Of a stretch of DNA of 64,000 nucleotides, positions 42,243 to 51,459 are shown piece by piece. Location: contig CAINVY010000003.1 of the NCBI GenBank assembly GCA_903854335.1, positions 21,955 through 85,954 on the forward strand, read 5' to 3'. This stretch comes from an uncultured Candidatus Peregrinibacteria bacterium. Its GTDB lineage: Bacteria > Patescibacteriota > Gracilibacteria > Peribacterales > Peribacteraceae. Position 1 is the first letter of the stretch, and each line of letters opens with the position of its first letter. Made by a program: the position numbers and the translations under genes. The notes under the pieces are model-generated. The model ran no database searches. It saw only the letters and a program-made list of their open reading frames with translations, and was not told the DNA's origin.

Positions 42243-43172
42243 ATGCACCTCTTCAGCGGATCCTCCCACCCCTCGCTCGCCGCCGCACTCGCGAAAGAGC
42301 TCGGCATTCCGCTTGGGAAGATCACACTCAAGAAGTTCAGCTGCGGTGAGAACTACGTAAAATTTGATCAATCGCTCCGTGGTCAGGACGTCTACCTCCT
42401 CCAAACATCCACGCTCAGCCCCAACGAGGACGTCATGGAACTCCTCCTCATGTGTCAGGCCGCGAAACTCAGTTTCGCCAGCAGAGTCCACGTCATCATT
42501 CCGCACTTCCCGTACGCAAGGCAGGATCGCGTGAGCGACCCGCGAGAGCCCATCTCCGCCAAGCTCATCGCGGATCTTCTGGAAGTCGCAGGCGCGGATC
42601 ACGTCATCTTCCTGGACCTTCACAGCGACCAGATTCAGGGATTTTTCTCGGTGCCTGCTGATTCCCTCGCCGCGCGTCCGATCTTCCGCAATTACCTCCA
42701 CGGAAAGAAGTTGAAAGATCCGATCGTCGTCGCGCCCGATGCCGGAGGCGCAAAGCGGGCGAAGAAGTTCGCGGATCTCATCGATGCGGATCTCGCGATT
42801 CTCCACAAAACCCGCCCCGCTCACCACGAAGCGGAAATCCATGAGGTTGTCGGAGAGATCGAGGGAAAGACGTGCATCCTGTTCGACGATCTCATCGACA
42901 CGGCCGGCACGCTCGTTTCGGCGAAGGAGGCGCTGCTGAAAGCAGGCGCAAACGCAGAGATGTACGCTATTGCGACACACGCGGTATTCTCCGGAAAGGC
43001 CAAGGAGAATCTCCGCCGCGCCGCCTTCACGGAAGTCATCGTCACCGACAGCATGCCCGTCGACCCCGCTGCAATCCCCCATCTCACGATTCTCCCCATC
43101 GCTCCACTACTCGCCGAAGTCATCCGCCACATCGAAAGCGGCACGAGCGTCACGGATATCTACAAACATTGA
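42243..43172 (+). CDS. prs: Ribose-phosphate pyrophosphokinase
   Basis: FSCGE, PYARQDR, DLHSDQIQGFF, APDAGG, DDLIDTAGT. Confidence 0.97.
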   Translation: MHLFSGSSHPSLAAALAKELGIPLGKITLKKFSCGENYVKFDQSLRGQDVYLLQTSTLSPNEDVMELLLMCQAAKLSFASRVHVIIPHFPYARQDRVSDPREPISAKLIADLLEVAGADHVIFLDLHSDQIQGFFSVPADSLAARPIFRNYLHGKKLKDPIVVAPDAGGAKRAKKFADLIDADLAILHKTRPAHHEAEIHEVVGEIEGKTCILFDDLIDTAGTLVSAKEALLKAGANAEMYAIATHAVFSGKAKENLRRAAFTEVIVTDSMPVDPAAIPHLTILPIAPLLAEVIRHIESGTSVTDIYKH

Positions 43173-43232
43173 TCCCGCCGCGACGCGGGGAATATTGACG
43201 GCAGCGCCGCTGCTCCGTACCCTAGCCTTCGC

Positions 43233-43308
43233 GGGCGATTAGCTCAGTGGTTAGAGCGCGACACTGATAATGTCGAGGCCGATGGTTCAAGTCCATCATC
43301 GCCCACCA
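43233..43308 (+). tRNA. tRNA-Ile(GAT)
   Basis: GGGCGAT...ATCGCCC-ACCA, anticodon loop CTGATAA. Confidence 0.95.
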
Positions 43309-43381
43309 CACACATTCATGAAGAGCTCAGTGGATCGAGGATCCGCTTGCGGATCCGAGTAAGAAACAATCGCGACACAAC

Positions 43382-43469
43382 GCGCGACACTGATAATGTC
43401 GAGGCCGAGGTTGCTGTCCATCATCGCCCACCACACACATTCATGAAGAGCTTAGTGGATCGAGGATCC
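43382..43469 (+). repeat. Degenerate duplicate of tRNA-Ile 3' two-thirds plus downstream flank
   Basis: Matches 43256-43344 except for a disrupted T arm (TGGTTCAA to GGTTGCT) and one substitution. Confidence 0.9.
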
Positions 43470-43748
43470 AGACAAAGCAGCGACAGCATCCCGCAGCTGC
43501 TGTTGTAGTTGTGCGATTTGGGGATATTGCCTCGCATTATCTGGGCATAACGTGAAACGCCTCTTCTCATCGATTTTGCCGACGAACGGCGTCGTTGTCG
43601 TCTGCCCCATGGGGACAACCTCGAACAACGGTTTTTTGAAACCATGTTTCGTGGATTTGAAACCAACACGATCTGATCTCAAGCCAAACTTCTCAAGAAA
43701 TTCATGCTGATCATCATAGGAGTCAAATGTATGGATATGCTCAGTCAT
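43452..43748 (-). CDS. Hypothetical protein
   Basis: 98-aa ATG ORF ending inside the duplicated segment. Confidence 0.6.
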   Translation of the reverse strand: MTEHIHTFDSYDDQHEFLEKFGLRSDRVGFKSTKHGFKKPLFEVVPMGQTTTTPFVGKIDEKRRFTLCPDNARQYPQIAQLQQQLRDAVAALSGSSIH

Positions 43749-43830
43749 GCGCTAAAAATAATGGGCGCGCATACTCTGCTGCCTCTTCACGTATGTCAAA
43801 CGGCTTGCCACACACCCACAGGCTTGTCCG

Positions 43831-43923
43831 TCACACCACGAAGATGCGAAAAGCCAAAAACCCGAGAAGACAGAGAATGAAAATTCCCACGACGACTCCG
43901 GTGATCACATCATCTGTTTTCAT
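43831..43923 (-). CDS. 30-aa single-TM small protein
   Basis: MKTDDVITGVVVGIFILCLLGFLAFRIFVV; TATTAT 6 nt above ATG. Confidence 0.55.
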   Translation of the reverse strand: MKTDDVITGVVVGIFILCLLGFLAFRIFVV

Positions 43924-43966
43924 GGTTCGATAATACGCATTTTCCGATCGAAATCGAGAGGACATC

Positions 43967-44317
43967 TCACCAAGAACGATAGGCATTCGGGTAATAGGAA
44001 TTCACGAAGTTGTACCTCGGGTAGGAAGAATTCCTGAAAGAACTGTTAACGTACGAGTTATTGGGATAGGAGTAATTCACATAGTTGTAATGCGCGAAAT
44101 TATTGCTCGCATCATTATACGCTGGCAGACTCCAGTACTGCTGGCGCCATGACGGATGCCAGGTCGGACGGTAGACGGTGTTGCGATAACAATTGCAGTT
44201 GTAAGTGCTCGCAGCGTTCCCGTACCAAGGACAAGCGGATGCGACCGTCGGCGCTGCAAAGGATATCGCGGCGGCAAGACAGATGAGTGAGGAAACGGAT
44301 CGCAGATGGTTCTTCAT
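43967..44317 (-). CDS. Small secreted Asn/Tyr-rich protein
   Basis: Signal peptide ending ASA; Y(F)VNS..P repeats. Confidence 0.6.
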   Translation of the reverse strand: MKNHLRSVSSLICLAAAISFAAPTVASACPWYGNAASTYNCNCYRNTVYRPTWHPSWRQQYWSLPAYNDASNNFAHYNYVNYSYPNNSYVNSSFRNSSYPRYNFVNSYYPNAYRSW

Positions 44318-44419
44318 AGCGCGGGGAGAAAGATGACTAAATCGAGGTTTTGAAGTATAATGTTACTTCATAAACTCCGCAAGAGATCTTTTTGGCTTCC
44401 ATGCGTCCATTCCTCTCAA

Positions 44420-45979
44420 TCACTTCGATGCTTCGGTCTTCGCCCATGCCGAGAATTTTTCGAGGGGCATCGGAAACGGAAGAGATTTCCCATCTTCAGA
44501 AATGGAACTCACTTCCGCGCTCGCGGTATCGTACGTAAATTCGAATATCCGTGCCCCAAAGAGCATTCCCAGAACTCGGACGCTGTGATCGGAGTAGGGT
44601 GTGAGCGACGCGTCAACCGAGAACGTTCCCCCTGCCTCCGTAAGCGCTTGGGTCGTCTTTGCAATCGCATCGGACCTGGAGAACGCCCCATCGTCTACTC
44701 CGATACTGAGCGTCTGAAGCGTGAAAAGAAGCGCCTGATGATCCGGTGAAGCACTGGCTTCGAGCGGAGAAAGAAGTGAGAAGAAATCTCCCGCATACTG
44801 TGACGTGCGATCGGGATAAGCCAAATTCTGCATCAGTGCGATCATCTCCTCTGCCAAAGCCCATGCTTCCTGATCGATCGATGGCGTCTTCTCCTGGGAA
44901 AGGACATCCGCAAAAGAGGACTTCCACAGATTTCTGAGGGCTACAGGCGCGGGAAGAGATAATGTGTCGCTTTGTGGGAACGCGAAGAGACGCAGGGCCT
45001 GCGCTTCGTCCGAGACATGCGGAGGAAGCGGCAGTGCCCACTGCAAGGAACGCAGCTGAGGATGGATGGAGGCGAGAAGCCAGCAATCCTCATCATCCTG
45101 AAGAAGACGTAGCAGATCACGTTGCATCGCCTCCTTCGAAGAGGCCGTGAGAAGGACGGACGCCATCCAAGTTTTCAGAGGAGAAGCATTGAGCAGAGAA
45201 AAAGTTGCCGGATCTGAAAGAAGTGTATGGACACCATCCGCATCGCCAGCTTCCACGAGCGAGCGAAGGTAACCGAACATCTGCTCCTCACACTGTGCCA
45301 TCACCCGGGCGTGTGACTGGGAAAGAAAGACAAAGGAAAATCCTCCGCAGTCGGGTTTTGTGTCACGACTCACGGGCAAAACATCGTCGGTCGGTGCCAA
45401 CGTCGCTGCCTTCACCATTTGAGAAGCGAGAAAAACGGGCACGAGAGCTTTCAACGAGCGAGCGCTTCGCCAAGGAGTTACGCCGTCTGAGAGCGCGGGG
45501 AACACTTCCTGCACACTCCCCTGCCACTGCATGCCTGCGGGAACGAGCAATCCTCCTCCCTGCGCATCACGCAAGAGCGCGGGGCCGCTAATGCCTGCGA
45601 CGAGAAGCGTGTCATCTCGACGCGAGAGGTAGATCGTACCGGACAGACCTACCACCTCTCCGCTCCCCACGGAAATGCGTTCGATTCCACGAGACGAAAG
45701 AAGAACATCGCCATCTTGAAGCTCGGCAAGATCCCCAGCCCCTATGACCGCCCCCCTATCACCTGCCTGACCCACGACTCCGAGCGGAAGAGAAAAACCC
45801 GAACCCACATCCACCGAAAGAGGGGCACTCAACGATTGGTCTTCCTGAAGAAGTGACGCTCTGAACGCTCCCGTCTTCATCGAGAGAAAGAAAACGAGAG
45901 TGAGGAACGCAGCGAGAAGGGGCAAGGCAACGAAGTGCCGGTGCGCTTTCCCCGGAGAAGGAGGATTTTCTGTGTGCAT
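44420..45979 (-). CDS. Hypothetical membrane-anchored protein
   Basis: N-terminal TM after ATG 45979, beta-rich then helical; the upstream extension overlaps ruvC and is discarded. Confidence 0.7.
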   Translation of the reverse strand: MHTENPPSPGKAHRHFVALPLLAAFLTLVFFLSMKTGAFRASLLQEDQSLSAPLSVDVGSGFSLPLGVVGQAGDRGAVIGAGDLAELQDGDVLLSSRGIERISVGSGEVVGLSGTIYLSRRDDTLLVAGISGPALLRDAQGGGLLVPAGMQWQGSVQEVFPALSDGVTPWRSARSLKALVPVFLASQMVKAATLAPTDDVLPVSRDTKPDCGGFSFVFLSQSHARVMAQCEEQMFGYLRSLVEAGDADGVHTLLSDPATFSLLNASPLKTWMASVLLTASSKEAMQRDLLRLLQDDEDCWLLASIHPQLRSLQWALPLPPHVSDEAQALRLFAFPQSDTLSLPAPVALRNLWKSSFADVLSQEKTPSIDQEAWALAEEMIALMQNLAYPDRTSQYAGDFFSLLSPLEASASPDHQALLFTLQTLSIGVDDGAFSRSDAIAKTTQALTEAGGTFSVDASLTPYSDHSVRVLGMLFGARIFEFTYDTASAEVSSISEDGKSLPFPMPLEKFSAWAKTEASK

Positions 45980-46064
45980 TTTTCCTCTTAGAATAGCAGA
46001 AATCACCATTTTTATCAACGCAAAGGGTTTGCCAGAAAGGGGAGGTTGGCTGACGCTTACGGCC

Positions 46065-46562
46065 ATGCGAATTCTCGGAATTGATCCAGGCCTTGCCACA
46101 ATAGGATTAGGTGTTATTGATGCAACTTCTGCGCACGACATGTGCGTCCTCGAGTGGCTGACAATCACCACGACCCCCTCGTCTCTCGCGGACCGCTTGA
46201 TGGTGATCCACACCGACCTCTCGGCGTACATCGAGGAAGTGCATCCCGACCTCGCCGTCGTCGAAAAGCTCTTCTTCCAAACCAACGAGAAGACGGCCCT
46301 CGACGTCGCGCACGCGCGCGGCTGCATCCTCCTGACACTCGCCGAGCACGGCATTCCCTACATCGAACCAACACCCCTCCAGCTCAAATCCTCCATCACC
46401 GGAGACGGGAGAGCGGTGAAGAAGCAGATGCAAAATATGATCGTTTCCATGCTCAATCTGACCGAAATCCCCGAGCCCGATGATGCCGCCGACGCCCTGG
46501 CGCTCGCGGCCTACGGCGCGCTCCACGCCGCCAGAGAAGCGATGGTCATCGCGGCGACGTAA
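46065..46562 (+). CDS. ruvC: Holliday junction resolvase RuvC
   Basis: MRILGIDPG, VEKLFF, HARG, PDDAADALALA. Confidence 0.96.
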   Translation: MRILGIDPGLATIGLGVIDATSAHDMCVLEWLTITTTPSSLADRLMVIHTDLSAYIEEVHPDLAVVEKLFFQTNEKTALDVAHARGCILLTLAEHGIPYIEPTPLQLKSSITGDGRAVKKQMQNMIVSMLNLTEIPEPDDAADALALAAYGALHAAREAMVIAAT

Positions 46563-47649
46563 TCCCCTCCCGCACGTCCCACACCTGGGCACCGCGAAGC
46601 GTTTTTGGAAGATGCGTCGCGGTCACGAACATCTGGTGCCCCGCGAGTGTTCCGCGGATACGTTCCTGGTGCGCATCGTCCAGCTCCGAGAAGACATCAT
46701 CTAGCAGGATCACCGGCTTCTCACCCCGACGAATCTCGAGGTACGACGCCTCCATGAAAAGGAGCGAAAGCAGACACACGCGCCGCTGACCGCGCGAGGC
46801 GAATGCAGCAAGCGGACGACCCTCCGCTTCCACATGCCAGTCATCGCGATGGGGACCGACCGTCGTCGCCTGGACAAGCACATCCCGGGAACGAAAATGG
46901 CGCAGCAACTCACGATGCTCTTCTGCGAGTGAAGCAGCATCCCGCGCCTTGCCCGTCCGATCGTACTGCAGGCGGACATCCTTCCAATCCTTCTCGCCCA
47001 ACTCCTGAAGCTGGGATGCGAGCGACAGGCCGAAGGTCTCCGTGAGCTCCAAGCGCGCGAGCGTGAGCACGCCGCCCTCCTCGGCCACGCGATCGTCCCA
47101 CGGATCCAATTCGGATTCTTTGGCGCGCAGGGAAGCGATGGTACGAAGCAACGTATTGCGCTGCTTGAGCGAGCGTTGGTACTCGCGCAAAGCTTTCTCG
47201 TACGCGGGAGACGTCTGCATCAAGATCCGATCGAGGAAGGATCGACGCTCGGCAGGTGACCCGGTGAAAAGATCAAGATCGAAAGGAAGGAAGGCAACCA
47301 CGGGGAGTTTCCCGATCATGTTCTGCGACGTGAGACGGACATCATTGCGAAAATACGCGCGCTGATGCCTCGGTTGCACCTGGCTCACCACTTCCAAACG
47401 CTCGCGCAAACTTGCGTCCGATTGCACTTCCCCCTGGATGCGGTAGAAGTCCGTGCCCCACTGCCGCAGGCACTCATCTTCGACCCCGAGAAAAGAATGC
47501 AGGAGAGACAGCACGGAAATCGCCTCAAGAAGATTCGTTTTTCCGCTGCCGTTCTCTCCGATGAAGAGGTGAAGATCCGACGCGCCTAGATCAAGATCGA
47601 GTGAGGCGTACGTTCGATACTGCGAGAGCTGAAGTCGGAGAAGACGCAC
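46546..47649 (-). CDS. recF: DNA repair protein RecF
   Basis: GENGSGKTNLLEAI, GSPAERRSFLD, GPHRDD, SRGQ, LLDDVFSELD. Confidence 0.96.
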   Translation of the reverse strand: MRLLRLQLSQYRTYASLDLDLGASDLHLFIGENGSGKTNLLEAISVLSLLHSFLGVEDECLRQWGTDFYRIQGEVQSDASLRERLEVVSQVQPRHQRAYFRNDVRLTSQNMIGKLPVVAFLPFDLDLFTGSPAERRSFLDRILMQTSPAYEKALREYQRSLKQRNTLLRTIASLRAKESELDPWDDRVAEEGGVLTLARLELTETFGLSLASQLQELGEKDWKDVRLQYDRTGKARDAASLAEEHRELLRHFRSRDVLVQATTVGPHRDDWHVEAEGRPLAAFASRGQRRVCLLSLLFMEASYLEIRRGEKPVILLDDVFSELDDAHQERIRGTLAGHQMFVTATHLPKTLRGAQVWDVREGITSPR

Positions 47650-47673
47650 GGAGAGACGGGAAGTGAAGGACCC

Positions 47674-48150
47674 TTAGGTGGGAATTTTTTCGGCAAGGGG
47701 TACGGCCTCTGCGTAGAGAGCCGCAACAAGATCCGCATACTCCTTGCGTCGAACGTAGGTGGGGAACTCTCCAAGATGCACCCAGACGAACGCATCGATT
47801 TCGTTCTCATCGACGCGGACCTCCGCGTCTTTTCCTGCGAGTGCAAAAATGAAGGCAATTTTTTGGCCGCAGACATTGTCGGGGCGAAAACGTCGGAAGG
47901 AAGGCGGAAAATCGTACGTGTACATCCGCTGACTCGTGCCGATCACCGTGCAATCTCCAATCCCCGCCTCCTCCTTGAGCTCACGCATCGCCGCTTGCTC
48001 GATGGTCTCCCCCTGCTCCACGCCTCCCTGCGGAAGCTGCCACGCATCGCTTCGCCGCGGCTTGTGTAAAAGAAGAAATTGGAAAGACGCTGCGTCATTC
48101 AATCTCCGCAGAACCATCACAGAAGCCGCAGAACGATAGACATCAGGCAC
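47674..48150 (-). CDS. NUDIX hydrolase (RppH-like)
   Basis: WQLPQGGVEQGETIEQAAMRELKEEAG Nudix box; GTG start at 48150. Confidence 0.88.
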   Translation of the reverse strand: MPDVYRSAASVMVLRRLNDAASFQFLLLHKPRRSDAWQLPQGGVEQGETIEQAAMRELKEEAGIGDCTVIGTSQRMYTYDFPPSFRRFRPDNVCGQKIAFIFALAGKDAEVRVDENEIDAFVWVHLGEFPTYVRRKEYADLVAALYAEAVPLAEKIPT

Positions 48151-48257
48151 GGGGATACTATAGAGCGGTGGAAAGGAGAAGAAAAATGTCGGAAAAGGAT
48201 TCCAAAGACCATCAAAATTATCCTCTGAATCTCCGACACACGGACTCCTCGTAATTC

Positions 48258-48446
48258 TTACTTCGAATGCCTCTCCTCCTTCAACTTCATCGGCATGCGC
48301 TTGCGACACTTCGAGCAGAACTTCTGCACTTTGAAATCCTTCCAACCCACCCCCTTGCTGTTCTGCTTATGCAGACGAACGGTTCCGACGCGGTTGCCCG
48401 ACTCAGGACAGAACATGCCGAAGACTGTGCGCTTACCGCGTGGCAT
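48258..48446 (-). CDS. rpmG: 50S ribosomal protein L33
   Basis: CPESG..KFCSKCRKR..KE pattern. Confidence 0.8.
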   Translation of the reverse strand: MPRGKRTVFGMFCPESGNRVGTVRLHKQNSKGVGWKDFKVQKFCSKCRKRMPMKLKEERHSK

Positions 48447-48505
48447 AAAGCTCGCGTACTTTACTTATCAATCCTGGGGAATGCAAGTGGCTCTGGGGGA
48501 CGAAT

Positions 48506-49435
48506 CTATGCGTTCGCTCCCGCAGACTGGATGAATGAGAAGACGCCGTTGGCCGCCACCGCCCCCTCCCCCGCCGCCGTCACAAACTGCGCGAAGTGAT
48601 TGGAAGCGCTCGTCGCATCGCCCGCGCCGAAAACGCCCGCAACAGACGTCGCCATGCCGTCATCAACTTTCAAGAAACCGCGCTCATCGAGCGCACATCC
48701 GATCTGCACACCGAGATCCACGGAAGGATCCGAACCGATTTCGATGAAGACGCCATCAACGGCAAGTTGGTCTGACCCCTCGAAGGGCTTGTCGATTCGT
48801 ATCCCGGTCACCTTGGCATCGCCGAGGATCTCGACGAGATTGCGCTCGAGGACGAACATGACGTTCTTCATGCTCTTCAGGCGCTCCTCCCAGTAGGGTT
48901 CGGCACGAAATGCGCTGCGTCGATGGACCAGGTAGACCTTCGCCGCCACCTGCGCCGCAATCGCCGCGCCCTCCACGGCGCTGTCTCCTCCGCCGATCAC
49001 CGCGACCGTCTTGCCGCGGTAGAAGAACGCATCGCAAGTGGCGCAGTACGTCACACCCTTGCCGGAGAACTCCGTCTCGCCCTTCACACCGAGGTGCCGC
49101 TTTTGCGATCCCGTCGCGAGGATGAGCGTCTTACCCTCGGCGGTCTCGCCACTCTGGAACGTCAGTCGAAATCCGCCCGCGATCTTCTCCACCTTCTCCA
49201 CCCGCGCCACTTTCTGCGTCACTTCCTCAAAGCTCTGCGCGTGCTTCTTGAAGTTCTCCATGAGATCGGGACCTTTGATCTCAATCGTTCCCGGCCAATT
49301 ACCCACTTCCGCCGCCGTCAAACCCATGCCTCCATCCTCCAATCCGACAATGAGCGTCTTGAGCTTGTAGCGCGCCGCGTAAATCGCCGACGTGTAGCCA
49401 GCCGCACCCATCCCGATGATCAAGACGTCGAACAC
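48506..49435 (-). CDS. trxB: Thioredoxin reductase
   Basis: IIGMGAAG, CATCD, GGGDSA, VHRR, GAGD. Confidence 0.93.
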   Translation of the reverse strand: MFDVLIIGMGAAGYTSAIYAARYKLKTLIVGLEDGGMGLTAAEVGNWPGTIEIKGPDLMENFKKHAQSFEEVTQKVARVEKVEKIAGGFRLTFQSGETAEGKTLILATGSQKRHLGVKGETEFSGKGVTYCATCDAFFYRGKTVAVIGGGDSAVEGAAIAAQVAAKVYLVHRRSAFRAEPYWEERLKSMKNVMFVLERNLVEILGDAKVTGIRIDKPFEGSDQLAVDGVFIEIGSDPSVDLGVQIGCALDERGFLKVDDGMATSVAGVFGAGDATSASNHFAQFVTAAGEGAVAANGVFSFIQSAGANA

Positions 49436-49507
49436 GAAGGAATCTTAATGGAATGAGCGACGAACCGCAAAGATCCCGCAGAGCTTCTTGTGTGGCAGAG
49501 ATTTAAC

Positions 49508-49906
49508 TCACTTTTTCGAAAGATACATCATTTCGACGTTATCAAATACCACCTGTGCGGTTACCTGTCGAAAACGTTCTTGCATTTCACTCACGATCCT
49601 CAGCAACGAATCACGCCACTCTTTCTCGTCCGTACATTTCTCTGGATTACGAACGCCCTGGATGATTCCTACATGTTCTCCTCCCTCCGGGCATCCGCGA
49701 TCACATTCGTACGCAACAAACCCAGACGTCACTACAGCTGAAACATAGACTCCTGTTTCGCGACCGACCTGTTCCATGATTTCCTGCCAAGCCTTCGAAA
49801 CGGTTGTGACGACGTCGCCCCGAGCCCCTTCATTCGCATGACCGTATCCTGGAGTAACACCAATGGTCATCTTAAATCGTTCTGTCAGGTGTGTTGCTAT
49901 TCGCAT
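49508..49906 (-). CDS. Hypothetical protein
   Basis: 132-aa ORF, GVTPGYGH..GCPEGGE. Confidence 0.65.
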   Translation of the reverse strand: MRIATHLTERFKMTIGVTPGYGHANEGARGDVVTTVSKAWQEIMEQVGRETGVYVSAVVTSGFVAYECDRGCPEGGEHVGIIQGVRNPEKCTDEKEWRDSLLRIVSEMQERFRQVTAQVVFDNVEMMYLSKK

Positions 49907-49943
49907 AGCATCTCAGTCTATATTCACGGAATGTTGCTGTCTA

Positions 49944-50029
49944 TGGTGCCGGAGGAGGGAATCGAACCCTCAATGCCTTTCGGCACACGATTTTGAGTCG
50001 TGCGCGTCTACCAATTCCGCCACTCCGGC
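49944..50029 (-). tRNA. tRNA-Leu(CAA)
   Basis: GCCGGAG...CTCCGGC-ACCA, anticodon loop CTCAAAA, long variable arm. Confidence 0.95.
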
Positions 50030-50078
50030 ACAAAAGCATAATAATCCTCGACACTGAAAACGGGAAGGAACTTCCTGT

Positions 50079-51440
50079 ATGCTGGACTCTCACATGAAGC
50101 AATACGCCTCCTTCATTTTCGACTCGTGCAACTTCTCCCCGGAAACGGGGAAGATCTTCCTGAACTATTCGCTTGATGGCGAGATCCGCTTCACGGAGAC
50201 GCTGACGCTCCCCCATCCTCCTCCCACGTTCGACCCCTCTTCGCCATCGTTTCACGCCGCGCTTCGCGCCTTGCACCTGTGCGGCGGGGTCAGTTACTAC
50301 AAGACGTGCCTGCCAAAACAGATCGAAGTCCGCACGGAAGGACTGACACGAGAGCAGGCGGATTTCTGGAACGCCGTCTACGAGAACGGGCTCGGGGAAT
50401 TCTTCTACAGGAATGACATCGACTTCCGTGGCTTGCTCCAATTCCCCTCCGTCGACTCCCCTCCTCCTACTATCGAATCGACAATCGTGAAACCAAAAAG
50501 CGGAAGAGTGCTGATCCCGCTCGGGGGAGGCAAAGATTCCATCGTCACCGCCGAACTCCTGCGCAAGTCGGGCCACGACGTCACGCTGCTGCGCATGGGC
50601 GCCCACCCGATGATCGACGCCGAGGTGAAGGCGCTGGGACTCCCCGTCCTCACTGTCGAACGTCACCTCTCTCCGATCCTCTTCCGCCTGAACGCCGAAG
50701 GCGCGCTCAACGGTCACGTTCCCGTGTCAGCCTACCTCTCCTTCCTCGCCGTGGTGATCGCAGAAGTGTATGGATTCGATACCGTCGTGATGAGCAATGA
50801 ACGAAGCGCGAACGAAGGGAATGTCGAGTATCTCGGCAAAAAGATCAATCACCAATGGAGCAAGAGTCTGGAAGCGGAACGGATGATGCAGGAATACATC
50901 CGCGTCGGGATCGATCCTCTTCTTCAGTATTTCAGCCTCCTGCGCCCGCTCTCGGAGGTGGCCATCGCCAAGATCTTCGCGGAGTTTCCGCAATACTTCG
51001 GATGCGTCACGAGCTGCAACGCAAACTGGAAGATTCTCTCGAAGCCCCAAAGCGATGCGAGACCGCGCTGGTGCGGCCACTGTCCAAAGTGTGCGTTCGT
51101 ATTTGCGTGTCTCGCCGCCTTCCTCCCGAAGAACGCGATCCTCGAGATGTTCGGTGCCGACCTCTTTTCCTCGAGTGATCTCCTCCCGCTCTTTCGCGAG
51201 CTTCTGGGAGTTGAGAACTTCAAACCCTTCGAATGTGTGGGAACAGCGGACGAAACCAAGGCGGCCTTCCTCCTCATTCATGATCGCGGAGAATTCACCG
51301 ACACTCCTGCGATGAAAATGTTCCTTTCGGACATTCTCCCCGCCATCAAAAACCCGAAGAAGTTGATCGAAGATGCACGGAAACCATCGAACGACCACTG
51401 TATCCCGGTTCAATTTCAGAAACTTCTCACTGACCACTGA
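50079..51440 (+). CDS. murL: UDP-MurNAc-L-Ala-L-Glu epimerase MurL
   Basis: GVSYYK, GLGEFFYRN, GGGKDS, NGHVP, SNERSA..NHQWSKS, WCGHCPKC, KPFECVG; directly upstream of a murD. Start may be ATG 50094. Confidence 0.85.
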   Translation: MLDSHMKQYASFIFDSCNFSPETGKIFLNYSLDGEIRFTETLTLPHPPPTFDPSSPSFHAALRALHLCGGVSYYKTCLPKQIEVRTEGLTREQADFWNAVYENGLGEFFYRNDIDFRGLLQFPSVDSPPPTIESTIVKPKSGRVLIPLGGGKDSIVTAELLRKSGHDVTLLRMGAHPMIDAEVKALGLPVLTVERHLSPILFRLNAEGALNGHVPVSAYLSFLAVVIAEVYGFDTVVMSNERSANEGNVEYLGKKINHQWSKSLEAERMMQEYIRVGIDPLLQYFSLLRPLSEVAIAKIFAEFPQYFGCVTSCNANWKILSKPQSDARPRWCGHCPKCAFVFACLAAFLPKNAILEMFGADLFSSSDLLPLFRELLGVENFKPFECVGTADETKAAFLLIHDRGEFTDTPAMKMFLSDILPAIKNPKKLIEDARKPSNDHCIPVQFQKLLTDH

Positions 51441-51459
51441 TCACTTCTCACCCGCCTCC

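Noticed and set aside
43256-43469. CRISPR-like repeat-spacer-repeat
   Set aside because: Only two copies, about 89 bp long and tRNA-derived, with no cas genes.
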